Below, piece by piece: positions 55,826 to 59,263 of a stretch of 59,263 bases of DNA (the stretch's first letter is position 1; each line of letters begins with the position of its first letter). The DNA lies in IMG/VR virus record IMGVR_UViG_3300037096_000007, positions 1 through 59,263 of that record; one strand, written 5' to 3'. A program made the translations under genes and the position numbers. The notes beneath the pieces are model-generated. The model was given only the letters and a program-made list of their open reading frames with translations, was not told the origin of the DNA and ran no database searches. Source of the stretch: a virus. Lineage: Duplodnaviria > Caudoviricetes.

Positions 55826-56446
55826 TTATGCCGCAACCTTTGGGACCACGGTATCAAGAACCGGCGGCGTTGGCGTGGCGGGATCGGCTATAGCCGTTTC
55901 AATTCTCGCCTTGATTGCCTCCACAGCTTCGCCACTTTGAGGATCAAGCCCCAGCGCTTTGATGGTATCGGCAGCATGAGCCTGAGCGTATGCCACAGCT
56001 TTCGCTACAACCTCATTTTTGATTTGGACTTGTCCTTTTCCGGCTGCATCTGCCTCCGCTGCGGCTGCGCCGGCATTAATACCATTCAAGAGAATGCGGT
56101 CCAGTTTATCGCTGAGAAGTTCAGCACCTTGCACCCCGGCATTTTTTAATAGCCGGATGATAAGCGCTGTCAGAAACCCACTGAGAGTGCCACCAAAAGC
56201 CAGTGTGGCCCAATCCAGCACTTGCCCTGCCAGCGTGCCGGTGCTGATTGTCGTGCTGCTCGTCACCGGGGCTGTCGTGGTGATCGTGTTTTGCGTCGCT
56301 GGCGCGTTTGGCATCGGCACGGCGGTTGAGGTCACAGACTCCGCAACCGTTGGAGAGGCGGCTTGAGGCGTCGTCGTCGTTGGCGCTTGCGCAACAGCCG
56401 GGCAGATCGAAAACGCCAAAACGATGCCGAAGATTATTTTGCGCAT
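55826..56446 (-). CDS. Holin-like (LL-H-type) membrane protein with cleavable leader
   Basis: Leader MRKIIFGIVLAFSICPAVA|Q; Thr/Pro linker; TM helix; AVAYAQAHA.DTIK.LGL domain. Confidence 0.5.
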   Translation of the reverse strand: MRKIIFGIVLAFSICPAVAQAPTTTTPQAASPTVAESVTSTAVPMPNAPATQNTITTTAPVTSSTTISTGTLAGQVLDWATLAFGGTLSGFLTALIIRLLKNAGVQGAELLSDKLDRILLNGINAGAAAAEADAAGKGQVQIKNEVVAKAVAYAQAHAADTIKALGLDPQSGEAVEAIKARIETAIADPATPTPPVLDTVVPKVAA

Positions 56447-56560
56447 TGTCTTTTCCTTAAATCATTCCTATTGCCATTATTAGCATAGTTGCCACGAACG
56501 CGCCACAAACAAGCGCCAGCGCGGCCCAACACGTTTCGGACCAATCCTCATATAGCCAAC

Positions 56561-57214
56561 TCATGCCCCTAATTCCCGCCGCCAGATATTGGTCCATGAG
56601 GTACGTTCCGATAACCCGATTGTGCCGCCGTTGAGTTTCTTGGTCGTATTGAAAACGTCGCCATTTTCAGCATAGGGTAAGCATCCGCAGAGAATGAAAT
56701 CGGCCACGCCACATTCTAATGCATTGGTTGGCGATGAAAATAATTCAGGATGGGTTAGCACGTCAATTCCGGTTTTCTTTGCTACCGCCGCGTAGCCGTC
56801 TTTGCCGGTGCATTGCGATAGGCCGCGACCGATATAATTTGATCCATCGTGCGTGCTGGGCGGCCCATTACCCATGCGGTTGCCGTAGGTGTCGTCCATC
56901 AGCTTAATATCGAATTGCGGATCGCTGACATAGGAACCGATGCGCTCATATACCTGCTCAACGCTGGTATAGCGATTCGGCCAAAGTTGGCAGGCGCGGG
57001 CTGGCGTGTAGCGAATGTCCTCAACCATATCGACGCCGCCGCCCGTTTCCTCCGAGAATTGTCCGAACATCATGGCGACAGTCAAAGCGGTCGTGACGCC
57101 ATATTTTGCGAATACCATATCAACGCTTGCCGCAATACCCTCCATTAACCCCGCCACGGCTGAATCCCCGTGAGGCCAATGTCTCTGCAATTGAGCAAGC
57201 GTAATAAGGCTCAT
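56561..57214 (-). CDS. Endolysin, glycoside hydrolase family 19
   Basis: GQFSEETGG, YGNRMGN...DG..YIGRGLSQCTGKDGY, TKKLNGG.IGL.ER. Confidence 0.85.
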   Translation of the reverse strand: MSLITLAQLQRHWPHGDSAVAGLMEGIAASVDMVFAKYGVTTALTVAMMFGQFSEETGGGVDMVEDIRYTPARACQLWPNRYTSVEQVYERIGSYVSDPQFDIKLMDDTYGNRMGNGPPSTHDGSNYIGRGLSQCTGKDGYAAVAKKTGIDVLTHPELFSSPTNALECGVADFILCGCLPYAENGDVFNTTKKLNGGTIGLSERTSWTNIWRRELGA

Positions 57215-57477
57215 TTCGGCGGAACATCTGGCGTGGTTGGCACCGTTGGTTTTTTAAATTCCGCTACCTGCTTTTGGAGATCGTCATTTGTGCGCTGTGC
57301 CTGCACCAACGCGGCGCGATATTGGATATTCTGATTGATTTCCTCCATCAGTTTGCCACTCAGGCTTTGCTCCATTGGGGATGCTGGCGGCTGCTGCGCC
57401 ATTGCGGCATTGGCATAACAAGTCATAATAATTGTCGCGCAAAACAATCCAAATTTCATCGTGTCGATCCTTTTCAA
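57211..57477 (-). CDS. Small secreted coiled-coil protein
   Basis: MKFGLFCATIIMTCYANAAMA|QQP. Confidence 0.55.
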   Translation of the reverse strand: MKRIDTMKFGLFCATIIMTCYANAAMAQQPPASPMEQSLSGKLMEEINQNIQYRAALVQAQRTNDDLQKQVAEFKKPTVPTTPDVPPK

Positions 57478-59263
57478 AAGAGGCCGAAAGTGCAGCCGGG
57501 ACCAGACCCGGAAGAGACAGGAATGGACGGGCTACCGAAGCACCCAACCCTTGCGCCGGACGTTCTGTTTATAATTAGGCCATTTGGCCGAACGCTATAC
57601 AGGTAGGTATCGGAAGCGATACTTGAAGTACCATCCATGGCTGATCCTGTAATCGTAACAAGATCAGAAACGCCAACAACAAGACCGTCAATTTCGCCAT
57701 TGACCCATGATGTTAAAAAAGCCGCAGAGCCAGAAAGTTTAGCAATATAGACACAGGCATTATCTGTTGTGTTGATGCAAGAGCTGACGCTATCGCTATC
57801 CACAAATGTATCGCCGCCGTTGCTGTTGGCGTCGGCAACTTCCACTATGGAGTAAGATATTGAACTGCTTAAAGCATTGTGGTCAAATTTGCTCCTGATA
57901 AAATGACTACCACCATCGAGAGAATAAAGATTGCAGCCGCCCGGAGGGGTAGCGTTGCCAGAGCCTCCTGTCGGCCCCCACCCCGAGGCATAAATATCAA
58001 AGAACGTCCAATCTGCTAATCGCAAGTTTGCTAACGCGCAATAGCCGCCCCAAATCCGAACATGCTCAAAATAACCGCCTGGACCAACAATTGTGCCGTT
58101 TACGACAACACAATTATTTGCAACCGCGTTGCTTTGCTCGCAGTCAACAGAAATGTCACGCAGTCCTTGTGTAAATTGCCCGACGCTTCCGCCTATCGGC
58201 GCATTTGAAAATGTAACCGCGACCTCATCATCTGTGACAAATATGGAGATACATTCTCTTGATGGCGCTTGTAAAAATACACCAGCCTTTACTATCAGGC
58301 CGCCGCCGTTGACAAAATAACTTCCGCAATCCAACCAGACAATGCCCCCGCATTCAGTGACAACTGGGCTGGAATTGCAGGTGCTTGACAAAAAATCGAT
58401 CTGACATTGGATGGCGGCGCGATCATTGGTTGATCCATTCCCGGTCGCTGCTGGAAAGCAACCGTTCGCGCCAGACTTTGCGCTTGCAAAGGGCTGGCCG
58501 CTAAATAGGGCCTCACCACGCACTAATGCATTGCCATTAACATCCAACGGTTGTGCTGGCGTGGCCGTCTGGATGCCAAGGCTTCCTCGCACCACGCCGC
58601 TACCATTAACATCTAGTGGTTGCGCTGGCGTAGCTGTTTGAATTCCGAAATTTCCTGAGCCCGCCAGCGTCGCGTAAACTGTATTGTTGGTAACGAATTG
58701 CAGCGGAAAATTGCCAGTAGAACCGACAACAGATGCATACCCGCTGGTCCCCACTGACATACAGGCACCAGCAAGACAATCAACCCCGACAAGAATAGAG
58801 CCGCCGCCGGTATTTTCAATGAGTTGATATGCCTGGCTAGTTCCACTTGAGTTGGTAGTGAGCGCCAGTAACGGGGTTGACCCGCCTGCATTGGCAACCT
58901 GCAATGGGGCTGCTGGTGCCGTGGTGCCAATACCAACATAGCCATTGGCTAATGCCGTAAGTCGAGGTATGAAATCCGTTACAAGTTCCGTAGCAGTTGC
59001 GCCCACACTACCGAATGCGGCGGCATACGCTAGGCTTCCTGTACCAAGATCGCCACCAGCGCCGCTATCCACTCCGATTAGCGCTTCGGCGCCAGTGTTT
59101 TGAATCAACCCGAATACCTGATTGGTGCCACCTGAACTGGCATAGGCTTTAATGAATGGGGTTGAACCAGCGGCCCCGCGAACATCGAGATATGCGGTCG
59201 GTGCCGTAACGCCAATTCCAACATTGCCAACAGCTGTGATCCGCATGATCTCAGAATCATTGC
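57474..59263 (-). CDS. Tail fibre/tailspike A, C-terminal part with pectate-lyase-like beta-helix (about 1026 aa in total if the 88-bp gap matches the paralogue)
   Basis: GNGSTNDRAAIQ...GGIVWL..GSY motif; tandem GIQTATPAQPLDVNG repeat; in frame with 1-1203 when 2883-2970 fills the gap. Confidence 0.8.
   Translation of the reverse strand, partial: NDSEIMRITAVGNVGIGVTAPTAYLDVRGAAGSTPFIKAYASSGGTNQVFGLIQNTGAEALIGVDSGAGGDLGTGSLAYAAAFGSVGATATELVTDFIPRLTALANGYVGIGTTAPAAPLQVANAGGSTPLLALTTNSSGTSQAYQLIENTGGGSILVGVDCLAGACMSVGTSGYASVVGSTGNFPLQFVTNNTVYATLAGSGNFGIQTATPAQPLDVNGSGVVRGSLGIQTATPAQPLDVNGNALVRGEALFSGQPFASAKSGANGCFPAATGNGSTNDRAAIQCQIDFLSSTCNSSPVVTECGGIVWLDCGSYFVNGGGLIVKAGVFLQAPSRECISIFVTDDEVAVTFSNAPIGGSVGQFTQGLRDISVDCEQSNAVANNCVVVNGTIVGPGGYFEHVRIWGGYCALANLRLADWTFFDIYASGWGPTGGSGNATPPGGCNLYSLDGGSHFIRSKFDHNALSSSISYSIVEVADANSNGGDTFVDSDSVSSCINTTDNACVYIAKLSGSAAFLTSWVNGEIDGLVVGVSDLVTITGSAMDGTSSIASDTYLYSVRPNGLIINRTSGARVGCFGSPSIPVSSGSGPGCTFGLF
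59137..59263. repeat. Exact 127-bp copy of 2756-2882 (right contig end)
   Basis: Direct comparison. Confidence 0.95.

Noticed and set aside
57474-59246. Independent 590-aa gene starting at MRITAVG
   Set aside because: That Met is internal in the paralogue; the ORF is the C-terminal part of the gene starting at 1203

Overview
This window is an essentially complete (~59.3 kb) genome of a P22-like short-tailed (podovirus-type) dsDNA phage. The host is most likely an alphaproteobacterium (Hyphomicrobiales, Bradyrhizobium-like), inferred from GcrA, DUF3309 and Bradyrhizobium-type CHAP-like genes. The contig is broken inside a ~320 bp repeat shared by two tandem tail-fibre paralogues: 59137-59263 = 2756-2882 and 1-105 = 2971-3075, so it probably circularises with ~88 bp missing. 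The minus strand carries replication and regulation genes (RuvC-like, DnaA-domain-IV-like, DUF1376, SF2 helicase, an IbrB/X/IbrA triad, NusG, GcrA), then HNH, TerS, TerL with a class 3 intein, portal, scaffold, coat, gp4, gp10, ejection proteins, fibres, a GH19 endolysin and the lysis region. The plus strand (39.3-53.1 kb) carries Cro-like, ERF, HNH, DUF1643 and DUF550 genes plus an array of small cassette-like genes. I saw no integrase, tRNA, CRISPR array or reverse transcriptase. The most striking observation is that the receptor-binding/decoration-type proteins (three fibres/tailspikes, an S74-chaperone fibre, a tail-fibre-domain protein and two small beta proteins) all begin with Sec-type signal peptides, mostly AxA|Q. 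The large fibres also carry locally paired cysteines, whereas the core virion proteins lack such leaders. This suggests a phage that exports its outer virion parts to the periplasm for oxidative folding. All family assignments come from motif recognition by eye; no database search was run.
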